A DNA stretch of 64,000 nt from Pseudomonadota bacterium (GTDB lineage Bacteria > Pseudomonadota > Gammaproteobacteria > Pseudomonadales > Halieaceae), in assembly GCA_039025905.1 (NCBI GenBank), contig JBCCNJ010000003.1, positions 11,505-75,504 on the forward strand. Direction: 5' to 3'. The notes below the pieces were generated by a model that worked only from the letters and a program-made list of their open reading frames with translations, had not been told where the DNA came from and did not search any database. The position numbers and the translations under genes were made by a program. Positions 52,659-62,348 of the stretch are shown here, piece after piece (within the stretch, counting starts at the first letter, position 1; each line of letters starts with the position of its first letter).

Positions 52659-53651
52659 TCAGGCCCGTGTCCAGTCAAAGGCCACCACCTGACGGATATC
52701 GTCGCACCCCAGGGCCAACATCAGCAGGCGATCCAAACCCATGGCGACACCACTGCAGGTGGGCAAACCATATTCCAACGCCGCGAGAATATGTTCGTCT
52801 ATCGGCAGTTGTTGCTGCCCACACTGATCGCGTCTCATATTATCCGCTTCGAAACGCAGACGCTGCTCTTGCACGTCTTTAAGCTCCAGGTAGCCATTGG
52901 CGAGCTCCAGACCATCAAGATAGCATTCAAAACGACGCGCCATTTTAACACCGCCTACTTCATGCACTTGCGCGAGAGCGGCTTGAGAGGCCGGGTAGTC
53001 ATAGATAAAACACAAACCTGGAGAATGTAGTCTCGGCTCAATCACGTGGGTCATCAGTAGGTCTAGCCAAACATTCCGGTCTGCTGACAAATCGCCAACA
53101 TCCAGTCGCGCTCTGGCTGCACGTTCTAAGGCTGTGTCTTGTATAGTGAAAGGGTCTAACTCCAAATGCTCGATAAACAAATCTCGATAGCTATAGTCTT
53201 TCCGAGAACGCTCACCCACACAAAGACAAAGCAGTTCCTGCACCTCGTCCATCAGAGCGCGGTCATCCAGACCCGGTCGATACCATTCCAAAAGCGTAAA
53301 CTCGGGGTTGTGTCTCTTTCCCGCCTCACCGTCTCGGAACGCCTTGCTGATTTGAAAGATGGGCTGACGATGCTGTGCAAGCAAGCGTTTCATTGCGTAT
53401 TCGGGGGATGTTTGCAGATAGCGTGGCGCTGAATCGGAGCGAGAAGTCTCGACGATTAGCGGCTCAATACTGGGATCGGTTACTCCCGCGATACATAGCA
53501 ACGGTGTCTCAACTTCCAGCACTGCTCTTTCCGCAAAAAAGTTGCGAATCCGAGCGTACAGCTCGGCCCGCTTTTTTAATGCTTCAAAGCCCGCTGATGG
53601 CTGCCAGGCCACGCTTAAGTCAGGATTTCGCGACCCGATTCTGGTATTCAC
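52659..53651 (-). CDS. epmA: Elongation factor P--(R)-beta-lysine ligase (EpmA/PoxA/GenX)
   Basis: 330 aa. Aligns along its length with E. coli EpmA (WQPSA...[54 protein letters not shown]). The GTG start at 53651 overlaps efp by 32 nt. An alternative GTG at 53612 would give a 7-nt gap. Confidence 0.9.
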   Translation of the reverse strand: MNTRIGSRNPDLSVAWQPSAGFEALKKRAELYARIRNFFAERAVLEVETPLLCIAGVTDPSIEPLIVETSRSDSAPRYLQTSPEYAMKRLLAQHRQPIFQISKAFRDGEAGKRHNPEFTLLEWYRPGLDDRALMDEVQELLCLCVGERSRKDYSYRDLFIEHLELDPFTIQDTALERAARARLDVGDLSADRNVWLDLLMTHVIEPRLHSPGLCFIYDYPASQAALAQVHEVGGVKMARRFECYLDGLELANGYLELKDVQEQRLRFEADNMRRDQCGQQQLPIDEHILAALEYGLPTCSGVAMGLDRLLMLALGCDDIRQVVAFDWTRA

Positions 53652-54192
53652 CGCTGCGCGTGTCGACTCGGATCACTTCACCCTGATTGATAAACAGGGG
53701 TACTTTTACAACGGCGCCGGTACTGAGCTTAGCGGGCTTACTTCCGCCCTGAGCGGTGTCGCCCTTCAAGCCAGGGTCCGTCTCAACAATTTCCAACTCC
53801 ACAAAATTCGGGGGTGTAACAACCAGCGGCGCACCGTTATACAGAGTCACCTCACATCTGTCCTGCTCCTTCAACCAATCCAGTGCATCCGCCACAGCTT
53901 TCGAGTCTGCTTGATGCTGTTCAAAGGTGTCCGGCTCCATGAAATACCAGAACTCTCCGTCGGTGTAGAGATACTCCATCGTCAAGTCAATGACATCGGC
54001 ACCCTCTAAGGTTTCTCCGGAGCGAAAGGTGCGCTCCCAGACCCTGCCGGTATTGAGGTTGCGGAGCTTCACGCGATTGAACGCCTGCCCTTTGCCCGGT
54101 TTTACGAACTCGTTGTCGAGGATACTGCAGGGTTCGCCATCCAGTATTACCTTGAGCCCTGAGCGGAAGTCGTTGGTGGAGTAGTTCGCCAT
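53620..54192 (-). CDS. efp: Translation elongation factor P
   Basis: 190 aa. [38 protein letters not shown] carries the modified-Lys loop (PGKG). Confidence 0.97.
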   Translation of the reverse strand: MANYSTNDFRSGLKVILDGEPCSILDNEFVKPGKGQAFNRVKLRNLNTGRVWERTFRSGETLEGADVIDLTMEYLYTDGEFWYFMEPDTFEQHQADSKAVADALDWLKEQDRCEVTLYNGAPLVVTPPNFVELEIVETDPGLKGDTAQGGSKPAKLSTGAVVKVPLFINQGEVIRVDTRSGEYQNRVAKS

Positions 54193-54347
54193 GGTGTTCT
54201 CTGGTGTTGATTAAAAAAGCAGCCAATGATAACGCAGCCAATAGCTTAATGTCAGATCACGTTTTTCGTATTGGCGGGTGGCTAAAATATATAAGATACT
54301 CTGTGCATGATACCTCGTCCCCGCGAACCCCTGGGAGATTTCGGCGA

Positions 54348-56174
54348 ATGACCGGAACCGAACCGGTAAAACTCCGTATTCCACGCCAGGATTTGGAGCA
54401 CTTTTCACTGTTCCAGCTCAATGCGCTTGACGCGCAGCGGTGGGCGTCTGCGCTACCCGTAACTAGCTCCAGTCAGGTGGCGAGTCAACTTTATACAGCG
54501 CTAGACCGCCTGAACCGATGCGAGTTGGCACCACAAGCGCGCTATGACATTTTGGAGGCGCTACGCAGGCCAATGCTGGTTGCGACAACTAGTCTCTCAA
54601 AGCGCTTCTTGAAACAACCCTTAATCATGCCCGAACAGTCTCGCGCCATGGCGGAACTGACAGATGATCTCTACAGTCTGGCGGGCGCGGCTTACACCAT
54701 TGTTGCGGTTGAAACCATCCAACAAAAGGACCGCATTAGCGACGTGAATCCCGCTCGCCTGGTTTGCCAGGCAACCCATCGTGCGATTCGTTGCAACACC
54801 TCTCGTCTGCTCCTCACTTTTCAGCTTTACAAACAAGTTGCCAGTCACGCCTGGCTGACACTGCATCAGCTTTATGCGCTCGCCGAGGAACAGCGGCTGA
54901 CCGAGTTAACGATTGAAGATGAACTCGAGGGCAGCGGCACAATCACAACGGCTTATATGCAGGCTTTAATCCTAGGCTGTTGCAAACCAAACCAACTGCG
55001 CCAAAACGATATGAGTGCAATTTACAGAGGCTTACAGGAATGGGGGTCGATGGTCAGGATCAGTTCTCGGCCAACGGATGAGGCACTTTACCGTGTGGAC
55101 CTGGACAGTGACCGCCCACCTGTGTACAGCCAGCGCACGCAACAATCTCCTGGGCCACGAACGCGGTTTCTCAACACAGAGTCATTTGAGCAACACCTAC
55201 AACAGCTTATCGACTCGCACAGCAAGCAAGGCATCGTTTTTGATAGGGACACCGTCATCAGTCCACAGCTGCTTAAACACCTGCGCGACTCTTTTAATAA
55301 GATGAGCATGCGCAATTTCACGCGTAAAAACGAAAGCAAGCCGATGCAGGTCGCGCTTGGACTCAGCGCCTGTCACTATTACATGGGCGCAGAACTGCAC
55401 TTCGATCAGATTATGTATGGGCCCAACTATCAGCCACCACCTTCACAGCGTTTGGGTGACAACCCATTCATTGACGAAAAGGACAAGGGAGACCTCTGGC
55501 AACAAGCTAACCCTCGAATAGATTACCAGGCAAGTGAGTACGGTATTCTCGAACCAGCCGATTTGCCTGACGTTTCGGTAGACCAGGATACCCTCTCTCG
55601 CCTGGATATTAGCAGTGAAGAGCAACCGGAGCGGCCCGAGTTCCATTCCTACCCCGTCACAGTGGTGGATGCCAGTCCGGGTGGATACTGCTTTCAGTGG
55701 GGCTTAGATCGAGGCGGCGAACTGAAAACCGGAGATCTTATCTGTGTGCGCGAGAACGACACCGATGCCTGGACCCTTGCGGCAATACGCTGGGTCAACC
55801 AGTTCAGTGGGGATTCCATCTTGCTGGGTGTTGAACTGCTGAGTCCAAAAGCGAGAGCTTATAGCGCTAAAACACCCGTGCTTAAGAGAGGAGACGAGAC
55901 AGACCCTCAACGTGTCCTGCTGTTGCCTGAGATTAAACTAGTGGGCCAACCACCGACCTTGATTACACCAAGAACGGGTTTCAGGGAGGGTCAAAAGATT
56001 GTGGTTGCCCGTCACGATGAAGAGTTTTTTATTCAGTTGGTTAAGCAAGTAACGGTGACCGGCTCGTTTACCCAGTTTGAATTTCGCCACATTAAACAGC
56101 TTGACGAAGTGTTAGCCGAGGACAAAGCCCGGCCCGTCAATTCGAGCTTCGACTCCTTGTGGGCAAATATCTAG
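54348..56174 (+). CDS. Large conserved hypothetical protein with C-terminal PilZ-like beta-barrel signature
   Basis: Trimmed from 54204 to ATG 54348, with GGGAGA 8 nt upstream (MTGTEPVKLRIP...). 608 aa. RNFTR (RxxxR-like) and VVDASPGGYCF (DxSxxG-like) lie about 125 aa apart. I recognise no other domain. Confidence 0.6.
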   Translation: MTGTEPVKLRIPRQDLEHFSLFQLNALDAQRWASALPVTSSSQVASQLYTALDRLNRCELAPQARYDILEALRRPMLVATTSLSKRFLKQPLIMPEQSRAMAELTDDLYSLAGAAYTIVAVETIQQKDRISDVNPARLVCQATHRAIRCNTSRLLLTFQLYKQVASHAWLTLHQLYALAEEQRLTELTIEDELEGSGTITTAYMQALILGCCKPNQLRQNDMSAIYRGLQEWGSMVRISSRPTDEALYRVDLDSDRPPVYSQRTQQSPGPRTRFLNTESFEQHLQQLIDSHSKQGIVFDRDTVISPQLLKHLRDSFNKMSMRNFTRKNESKPMQVALGLSACHYYMGAELHFDQIMYGPNYQPPPSQRLGDNPFIDEKDKGDLWQQANPRIDYQASEYGILEPADLPDVSVDQDTLSRLDISSEEQPERPEFHSYPVTVVDASPGGYCFQWGLDRGGELKTGDLICVRENDTDAWTLAAIRWVNQFSGDSILLGVELLSPKARAYSAKTPVLKRGDETDPQRVLLLPEIKLVGQPPTLITPRTGFREGQKIVVARHDEEFFIQLVKQVTVTGSFTQFEFRHIKQLDEVLAEDKARPVNSSFDSLWANI

Positions 56175-56190
56175 AAGCACCGCAGGCAAT

Positions 56191-57423
56191 TCACCGATTG
56201 CCGTTGTCTCGACGGTTCTGATCTCTGTCAGAGAATCCCAATAAATACAGAATCGCATCAAGCCCCAGAGTGGAGATAGACTGTTCAGCCGACTGCTTGA
56301 CCAGTGGCTTCGCTCTAAAGGCGATCCCTAGTCCCGCTATACTGAGCATCGGCAGGTCATTAGCGCCATCACCAACGGCGATCACCTGTTGCAGGTCTAT
56401 ATCCAATTCCTCCGCGAGCCGTCGCAGCAACTCGGCCTTGCGGGCACCGTCGACGACGGTGCCCACCACCTTACCGGTTACCACACCGCCCTCAATATCT
56501 AGCTCGTTAGCATAAACGTAGTCAATCCCCAGTTGCTGTTGCAGGCGTCTGGCAAAATAGAGAAACCCGCCGGAGACAATTGCCGTCTTATAACCCAACG
56601 TGTGCAGCGTGGAAATCAGATGCTCAGCGCCCTCAGTCACCTTGAGTGATTCGGCTACCTGTTTCAGTGCATCTTCAGGCAGTCCTTGCAACAGCGCAAC
56701 GCGGGCACGGAAGCTTTCATTGAAATCGAGTTCGCCTCGCATGGCCCTATCTGTAATAGCACTTACCTCGTCACCGACATGGGCCGCATGTGCAAGTTCG
56801 TTAATCACCTCCGCTTCAATCAAAGTGGAATCCATGTCGAATACAACCAACCGTCTGTTTCTTCGGTAGACGTTGTCTTCTTGGAAAGCCAGATCAACAT
56901 CCAGATCACTAGACACCTTCAACAGGTCACGCCGAAATACCCTGGAGTCCTGTAGCGGCCCCCGCACAGAAAACTCAACACAGGCGCGACTCAGTGGCGG
57001 TAGCTCACCTAAGGGAATGCGCCCTGACAAACGCGTAATGTCATCAATGTTCAATTGGTGCTGCGACACGACCGCCGTTACGCTCGCCAACTGGCGAGCG
57101 GTAATCTTGCGAGCGAGTAGCGTGATGATGTAGCGCGACCGCCCCTGTGCCTTCACCCATGCATGATAATCTGCGAAGGACACGGATGTTACGCGCGCCT
57201 GCAGTGCGTGCCTTTGGGCGTACTCTGTCAGCTCCGCTCGCAGGGCATCGGGATCATGATATTGAGGTATCTCAACCAAGACTCCCATGGAAAGGGTCGC
57301 ATGGATAACCGCCTGACCTATGTCCAATACATTAACGGAGTGCCGCTCCATAATCGCAGTCACTCCGCGGGTGATGCCAGGTTGGTCTTCACCTGAGAAA
57401 CTGATTAGTAATATATCGCTCAC
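56191..57423 (-). CDS. serB: Phosphoserine phosphatase with N-terminal tandem ACT-like domains
   Basis: 410 aa. HAD motifs FDMDSTLI, SGG and GDGANDL. The N-terminal roughly 180 aa are ACT-like, as in Pseudomonas-type SerB. Confidence 0.92.
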   Translation of the reverse strand: MSDILLISFSGEDQPGITRGVTAIMERHSVNVLDIGQAVIHATLSMGVLVEIPQYHDPDALRAELTEYAQRHALQARVTSVSFADYHAWVKAQGRSRYIITLLARKITARQLASVTAVVSQHQLNIDDITRLSGRIPLGELPPLSRACVEFSVRGPLQDSRVFRRDLLKVSSDLDVDLAFQEDNVYRRNRRLVVFDMDSTLIEAEVINELAHAAHVGDEVSAITDRAMRGELDFNESFRARVALLQGLPEDALKQVAESLKVTEGAEHLISTLHTLGYKTAIVSGGFLYFARRLQQQLGIDYVYANELDIEGGVVTGKVVGTVVDGARKAELLRRLAEELDIDLQQVIAVGDGANDLPMLSIAGLGIAFRAKPLVKQSAEQSISTLGLDAILYLLGFSDRDQNRRDNGNR

Positions 57424-57467
57424 AGTGACGTTCCGGACGGCCTTGAGCCGCGTATTCTACCCGTTGC

Positions 57468-58850
57468 TTGCAGACTGGCGAAAGCGACATAAGACCAAAC
57501 ACCTGGATCGCTAATGCCCTTCTCGCAGACCATATCAAAAAGCCTGCCAGTCAAATCTCCCTGGTTTATACTGGCGCCCACCGGGGTATAACAGATACGC
57601 ATCCGCTCGTGAAAAATCTCCTCTCAAACAGCAGCCTTGGCCAACAGCTAGCGGTCGTTAGCGCTGGTCTCTGCCTGTCGGTGAGCCTGGCGCTGGTCAC
57701 ACTGGCAGCCATTTCCACAGGGTATATGCAGCTCCAACAGCAAGATGAGTATGGGTCGGCACTGGCGCGCCAAGTAGCGAGTCGCATCAGTATCGCCCTG
57801 GAAACAGGAGATCTATTGAGTGCCTCCGCGTCGCTGCATCGCTTTGTCGAAACCTCATCGGCGCAGCAGGTCACTATCTTTGACGTAGAAGGCAAAGCCC
57901 TGGTCCAGGCGGGTGACGCATCGAGTCCAAACCAACATGAATATCGAGCCCCCGTTCGTATCGAAGACGACGTCGCCGGCCGGGTCGTCATCACCATCGG
58001 CACCGATACTGCGAAAGCAGCACGTTTGCAATTTGTGTTGAGCCTCATTGGCCTGGCAATTTTGCTCAGTCTGACGGTTTACATCACCACCCGACATTTC
58101 GGGCAGCGCCTTGCCGGTCGCATCAGCGAACTGTCCAGCGCAATTGCTCTGGATGATAGACAAGACAGCGGGCGTTCACTCAACGAGCTGGACAACTTAG
58201 CGCGTGATATCGAAGCGCTACCCATGGATCTATTGCGGACGCGCAGCAAAACCAATCCTCGAGAGGAAAACTATCGAACTACCGCGGTACTCTATTTGCA
58301 TCTAACCAGTCTCGCTGACTACATTGAAACCTTGGATGAGCGAGCGCTACATCGATATACCGATCGTCTCCACCACCTCGTGCTAGCCGCGGGTGATTTC
58401 TATGCCGGAGAATTGCGCGTGGCGCGCCAATTTGGTCTCGCGGTGTTCTTTAACGGCCCAAACAGTGCAGGTAGTGCTGCTTTTCGCGCGGCCTCTTGTG
58501 CCTGGCTAATCGAAGCGGCCAGTCGTGAACTTGAAAAAACCATGCGTCGCAATCTCGGTATTGCCATGGCCATCTCACAAAGTGAGCTGGGAGTCGGTGA
58601 CGAAGCGGACATCTACCCCGGCCTTTACATGCAACACACTCTGGACGAACTAGAAAGTATTTGCGCGAATCGACCGCCCAGAGTGCTGTTAGCGCCCGGG
58701 GTGTGCACGGATTCTGATGTCGCAGCACGGCTGCAGCACCGGGAGACAGAGGTGCAGGAGTTTGCGGTCATGGAAACATTCGAGGAGCCCTATCACGACC
58801 TACTTGAGCGTCAGCTACAGCTGATCATTAAGAAAATGACAGATGCGTAA
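57468..58850 (+). CDS. Two-TM membrane sensor-like protein with degenerate class III cyclase-homology domain (function unknown)
   Basis: 460 aa from TTG 57468. GTG 57609 is a plausible alternative start (VKNLLSNSS...). Order is TM1, a roughly 130-aa periplasmic segment, TM2, a HAMP-like linker, then a C-domain (VLYLHLTSLADYIETLDE...GLAVFF) that resembles VLFADIVGFT...GDAVMAVF but lacks the metal-binding Asp residues. Syntenic with the serB-parC interval in Pseudomonas. Confidence 0.6.
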   Translation: MQTGESDIRPNTWIANALLADHIKKPASQISLVYTGAHRGITDTHPLVKNLLSNSSLGQQLAVVSAGLCLSVSLALVTLAAISTGYMQLQQQDEYGSALARQVASRISIALETGDLLSASASLHRFVETSSAQQVTIFDVEGKALVQAGDASSPNQHEYRAPVRIEDDVAGRVVITIGTDTAKAARLQFVLSLIGLAILLSLTVYITTRHFGQRLAGRISELSSAIALDDRQDSGRSLNELDNLARDIEALPMDLLRTRSKTNPREENYRTTAVLYLHLTSLADYIETLDERALHRYTDRLHHLVLAAGDFYAGELRVARQFGLAVFFNGPNSAGSAAFRAASCAWLIEAASRELEKTMRRNLGIAMAISQSELGVGDEADIYPGLYMQHTLDELESICANRPPRVLLAPGVCTDSDVAARLQHRETEVQEFAVMETFEEPYHDLLERQLQLIIKKMTDA

Positions 58851-58891
58851 GTAAACGCTTGCAACATCCTGACACAGGTAGACGAGGTCTG

Positions 58892-61141
58892 TTATTCCAC
58901 AGTGATGGCGTCAACCTTTTGAAAACCACGAGGAAGCTTGTTGCCACGTCGCCCTCTATCTCCCCGGTAGTGTTCCAGTTCTGAAAACTTGAGTTTGATA
59001 TGTCGTTTGCCTGCGATCACTGTCAGACACTGCTTCTCGTGAAGCACCTGAACTGCAACCACAAACTCCTCACGGCTTTGCGCTCGAGCAGAGGGTATCC
59101 CAATAATTTTATTGCCCTTGCCTCGTGCCAGCTGCGGCAGGTCCGCGAGCGGGAACATTAGGAGTCGGCCCTCGTTTGTCACGGCAACTACCCAGGCCTC
59201 TTCCTTACCCTCGATGGGAGAGGGCTGCAAAACGCGTCCTCCCTTCGGCAGACTGATCGCCGCCTTACCAGCCCGGTTTTTGGTTTGTAGGTCGCCCAAT
59301 TTCGCGACGAATCCATAGCCCGCATCACTTGCTAGCAGATACAGCTGATCTTCAGCCCCCATCATCATGCCCTCAAAGGTTGCCCCAGACGGCGGATTGA
59401 TGCGGCCAGTGACAGGCTCTCCCTGGCCTCGCGCTGACGGAAGATTGTGGCTGGCAACCGTGTAAGATCGACCAGTCGAGTCGAGAATAACCACGGGCTG
59501 ATTACTACGACCACGCACCGCAATCTTAAACCCATCACCTGACTTGTAGCTCAAGCTGGTGGCGTCAATTTCATGGCCCTTCGCAGCCCTGATCCATCCC
59601 TTTTCAGACAAGACGACGGTAATAGGATCAGCACTGACCATTTCCAACTCACTAAAGGCCTTGGCTTCGTCTCGCAGCTGAAGTGGTGAACGCCTGGCGT
59701 CACCGAATTTATCAGCCACCGCTTTTAACTCATTTTTAATCAGCGTTTTCAGCCGCGCTGCACTGCCTAGTGTTTTCTTGAGCTGATCGCGCTCGTCAGA
59801 CAGTTCGTCCTGTTCACCGCGAATATTCATTTCTTCCAGCTTCGCGAGATTTCGCAGCTTCAGCTCCAACACGGCTTCGGCCTGCACATCACTGAGACCA
59901 AAACGCGCCATCAATGCGGGTTTAGGCTTGTCTTCGGTGCGAATGATTTGAATCACTTCGTCTATATTCAGAAACGCAATCAGATAGCCTTCCAGAATAT
60001 GCAGCCGTTTTTCCACACGCTCCAATCGATGCGTGAGTCTGCGACGTACGGTATCGGTTCGAAAGGACAACCACTCCTTAAGAATACGGCCTAGCCCTTT
60101 GACTCCCGGCCTGCCGTCAATCCCAATCATGTTCAGATTAATTCGATAGCTGCGTTCCAGATCAGTCGTCGCACATAAGTGACTCATCAAGCCATCGACA
60201 TCGACGCGATTAGAGCGCGGAACAATGACCAAGCGCGTTGGGTTTTCATGGTCGGATTCATCTCGCAAGTCTGCGACCATGCCCAACTTTTTGGCCTGCA
60301 TTTGTGAGGCGATCTGCTCCAGCACCCTGGAGCCAGAAACTTGATGCGGCAATGCTGTCACAACCACGTCACCACCTTCGCGCTCCCATACGGCGCGCAT
60401 GCGCAGTGCGCCTCTGCCCGTTTCGTACATCGCCAATATATCTTCGCGCGGCGTAATGATCTCCGCCTCCGTAGGAAAATCTGGCGCCAATACATGCTCG
60501 CATAGCTCTTCTACGGTTGACTTAGGTTTCTCCAACAGGCGAATGGCCGCCGTCACGACTTCACGCAGGTTGTGAGGTGGCACATCTGTAGCCATACCCA
60601 CGGCTATACCGGTTGTTCCATTCAGCAGCACATTGGGCACCTGTGCTGGCAGAACGCTCGGCTCTTCCAAAGTACCGTCAAAATTGGGTATCCAGTCGAC
60701 GGTGCCCTGGCCCAATTCTGACAGTAGAACCTCGGAAAACGCAGTCAGGCGAGACTCCGTGTAGCGCATCGCTGCAAAGGACTTGGGATCGTCGGGTGAA
60801 CCCCAGTTTCCTTGACCATCAATTAATGGATAGCGGTAGCTGAAGTCTTGCGCCATCAACACCATGGCCTCGTAGGCCGCGCTATCGCCATGGGGATGAA
60901 ACTTACCTATGACATCACCGACGGTGCGAGCCGATTTTTTGAACTTTGCCGATGCCTTCAGACCAAGCTCACTCATAGCGTAAATGATTCGACGCTGAAC
61001 CGGCTTCAGACCATCTCCAACGTGTGGCAGTGCGCGGTCCAAAATCACGTACATGGAATAGTCCAGGTACGCTTTCTCGGCATACTGCTTGAGCGAAACC
61101 TGCTCTATACCGTCGCTATCAATGTTGATCACGTCGCTCAT
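58892..61141 (-). CDS. parC: DNA topoisomerase IV subunit A
   Basis: 749 aa. [19 protein letters not shown] and the active-site Tyr block [11 protein letters not shown]. The length and C-terminal beta-pinwheel fit ParC rather than GyrA. Confidence 0.93.
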   Translation of the reverse strand: MSDVINIDSDGIEQVSLKQYAEKAYLDYSMYVILDRALPHVGDGLKPVQRRIIYAMSELGLKASAKFKKSARTVGDVIGKFHPHGDSAAYEAMVLMAQDFSYRYPLIDGQGNWGSPDDPKSFAAMRYTESRLTAFSEVLLSELGQGTVDWIPNFDGTLEEPSVLPAQVPNVLLNGTTGIAVGMATDVPPHNLREVVTAAIRLLEKPKSTVEELCEHVLAPDFPTEAEIITPREDILAMYETGRGALRMRAVWEREGGDVVVTALPHQVSGSRVLEQIASQMQAKKLGMVADLRDESDHENPTRLVIVPRSNRVDVDGLMSHLCATTDLERSYRINLNMIGIDGRPGVKGLGRILKEWLSFRTDTVRRRLTHRLERVEKRLHILEGYLIAFLNIDEVIQIIRTEDKPKPALMARFGLSDVQAEAVLELKLRNLAKLEEMNIRGEQDELSDERDQLKKTLGSAARLKTLIKNELKAVADKFGDARRSPLQLRDEAKAFSELEMVSADPITVVLSEKGWIRAAKGHEIDATSLSYKSGDGFKIAVRGRSNQPVVILDSTGRSYTVASHNLPSARGQGEPVTGRINPPSGATFEGMMMGAEDQLYLLASDAGYGFVAKLGDLQTKNRAGKAAISLPKGGRVLQPSPIEGKEEAWVVAVTNEGRLLMFPLADLPQLARGKGNKIIGIPSARAQSREEFVVAVQVLHEKQCLTVIAGKRHIKLKFSELEHYRGDRGRRGNKLPRGFQKVDAITVE

Positions 61142-61281
61142 TACCCAGGATTTACCCCTCTCTTATCAAAATGTGAATGATGTTATCGCGAATCTGTCTC
61201 ACAGATGTCTCGTTCAGCCGCAGCGTCCAAATTGATGCAAACAGTCGCGGTTGCCCAGCCGCGTCTCACTAGAGGCGCTAG

Positions 61282-62094
61282 TCAACTTATGCTGTACCTA
61301 TCCGACCTGCCGACAAGCTGTTCATTTAAGTTAACAATTGAGTTGGCCATGTCGATCAACAGGCTGTGAATGGTAGCAGGATTGCTTTTGATCAAATCGG
61401 TAAACTGCTCCTTGGGCACCTTGACTACAGAGCACTCGGTTCTCGCTTTAACCGTCGCGCTGCGATCGGCATGAGTGAGTGCGGCCATCGCACCAAAGAT
61501 CTCGCCCTCGCCTATTCGTCCTACCGGAACGTCATCGACTAAGACCTCCGCGACGCCCTCAGAGAGCATGAACACGTAGTCAGCACGTTCACCCTGGCGA
61601 ATGATGACATCGCCAACAGCGAACTTTTCAAATCCGGGTGTTGCAGAAGTCCCCTCCTGCACGTTGGCGGCGGTAATACGCAGCATCATACCGCTGTACG
61701 TGATCAGCACTCTGCTCCACAGGCGGATCGCTGCCGGATCGTTGAAAACCCGACGCAAGAACTCAAGGGCCGGATAACTGTCCAGCCTGGCGCCCAATTC
61801 GCTGCGATAATTCACAGCGCTGACCGCATCGCTATCGCCGGCTATATCCGGTAGTAAAATGTCGCCCTCTTCCAGCGTATAGACGATCTTTCCCTGGTAG
61901 TGCGCGTTGACTGAGCCGCGTTGCACGACGTAGAACTGATTGCCGTCATAGCCGCGAAAGTGTCCTTCGGAGGAGGGTGAGATTTCCAGAGGTATGCCGG
62001 TCATACCTACCGATACAAGCAGAGCTTCAACCAGTTCACGATACTGCTGGGTTAGTAAGCTGAAGTCCTGAGTCAAATTGGCGTCAGCCAACAT
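61282..62094 (-). CDS. Stand-alone protein with tandem cyclic-nucleotide-binding (CAP_ED) domains
   Basis: 270 aa. The second domain has the canonical GEGEIFGAMAALTHADRSATVKA phosphate-binding cassette. The first domain is more divergent. There is no HTH or other output domain. Confidence 0.75.
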   Translation of the reverse strand: MLADANLTQDFSLLTQQYRELVEALLVSVGMTGIPLEISPSSEGHFRGYDGNQFYVVQRGSVNAHYQGKIVYTLEEGDILLPDIAGDSDAVSAVNYRSELGARLDSYPALEFLRRVFNDPAAIRLWSRVLITYSGMMLRITAANVQEGTSATPGFEKFAVGDVIIRQGERADYVFMLSEGVAEVLVDDVPVGRIGEGEIFGAMAALTHADRSATVKARTECSVVKVPKEQFTDLIKSNPATIHSLLIDMANSIVNLNEQLVGRSDRYSIS

Positions 62095-62348
62095 TGCAGA
62101 ATCCTATTCGTTCTCGCCCTGTTGGCGCAAAGTTGGCGCAAAACGCGTCATTCTCTTTTGCAATAGGGTTTCCCTGCGATGAGAACGAATGTCTGTCGCC
62201 GCTTTTCGAAGCGCCCTATAGTAGCAATTGGAAACCGCTAACTCTACGCAAACCGCGGCCGTAGAGCGCACAATTATCTGTGGCACGACAGCTTCGATCA
62301 GATACCCTATGTCTCATGCAGCCAAAACCGACGTAGGATCTCACAATC

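Noticed and set aside
62104-62286. 60-aa ORF in the cNMP-binding/GNAT intergenic region.
   Set aside because: The predicted peptide is Arg/Cys-rich with no homology features or SD. The region is better explained as a structured leader or operator (see findings).
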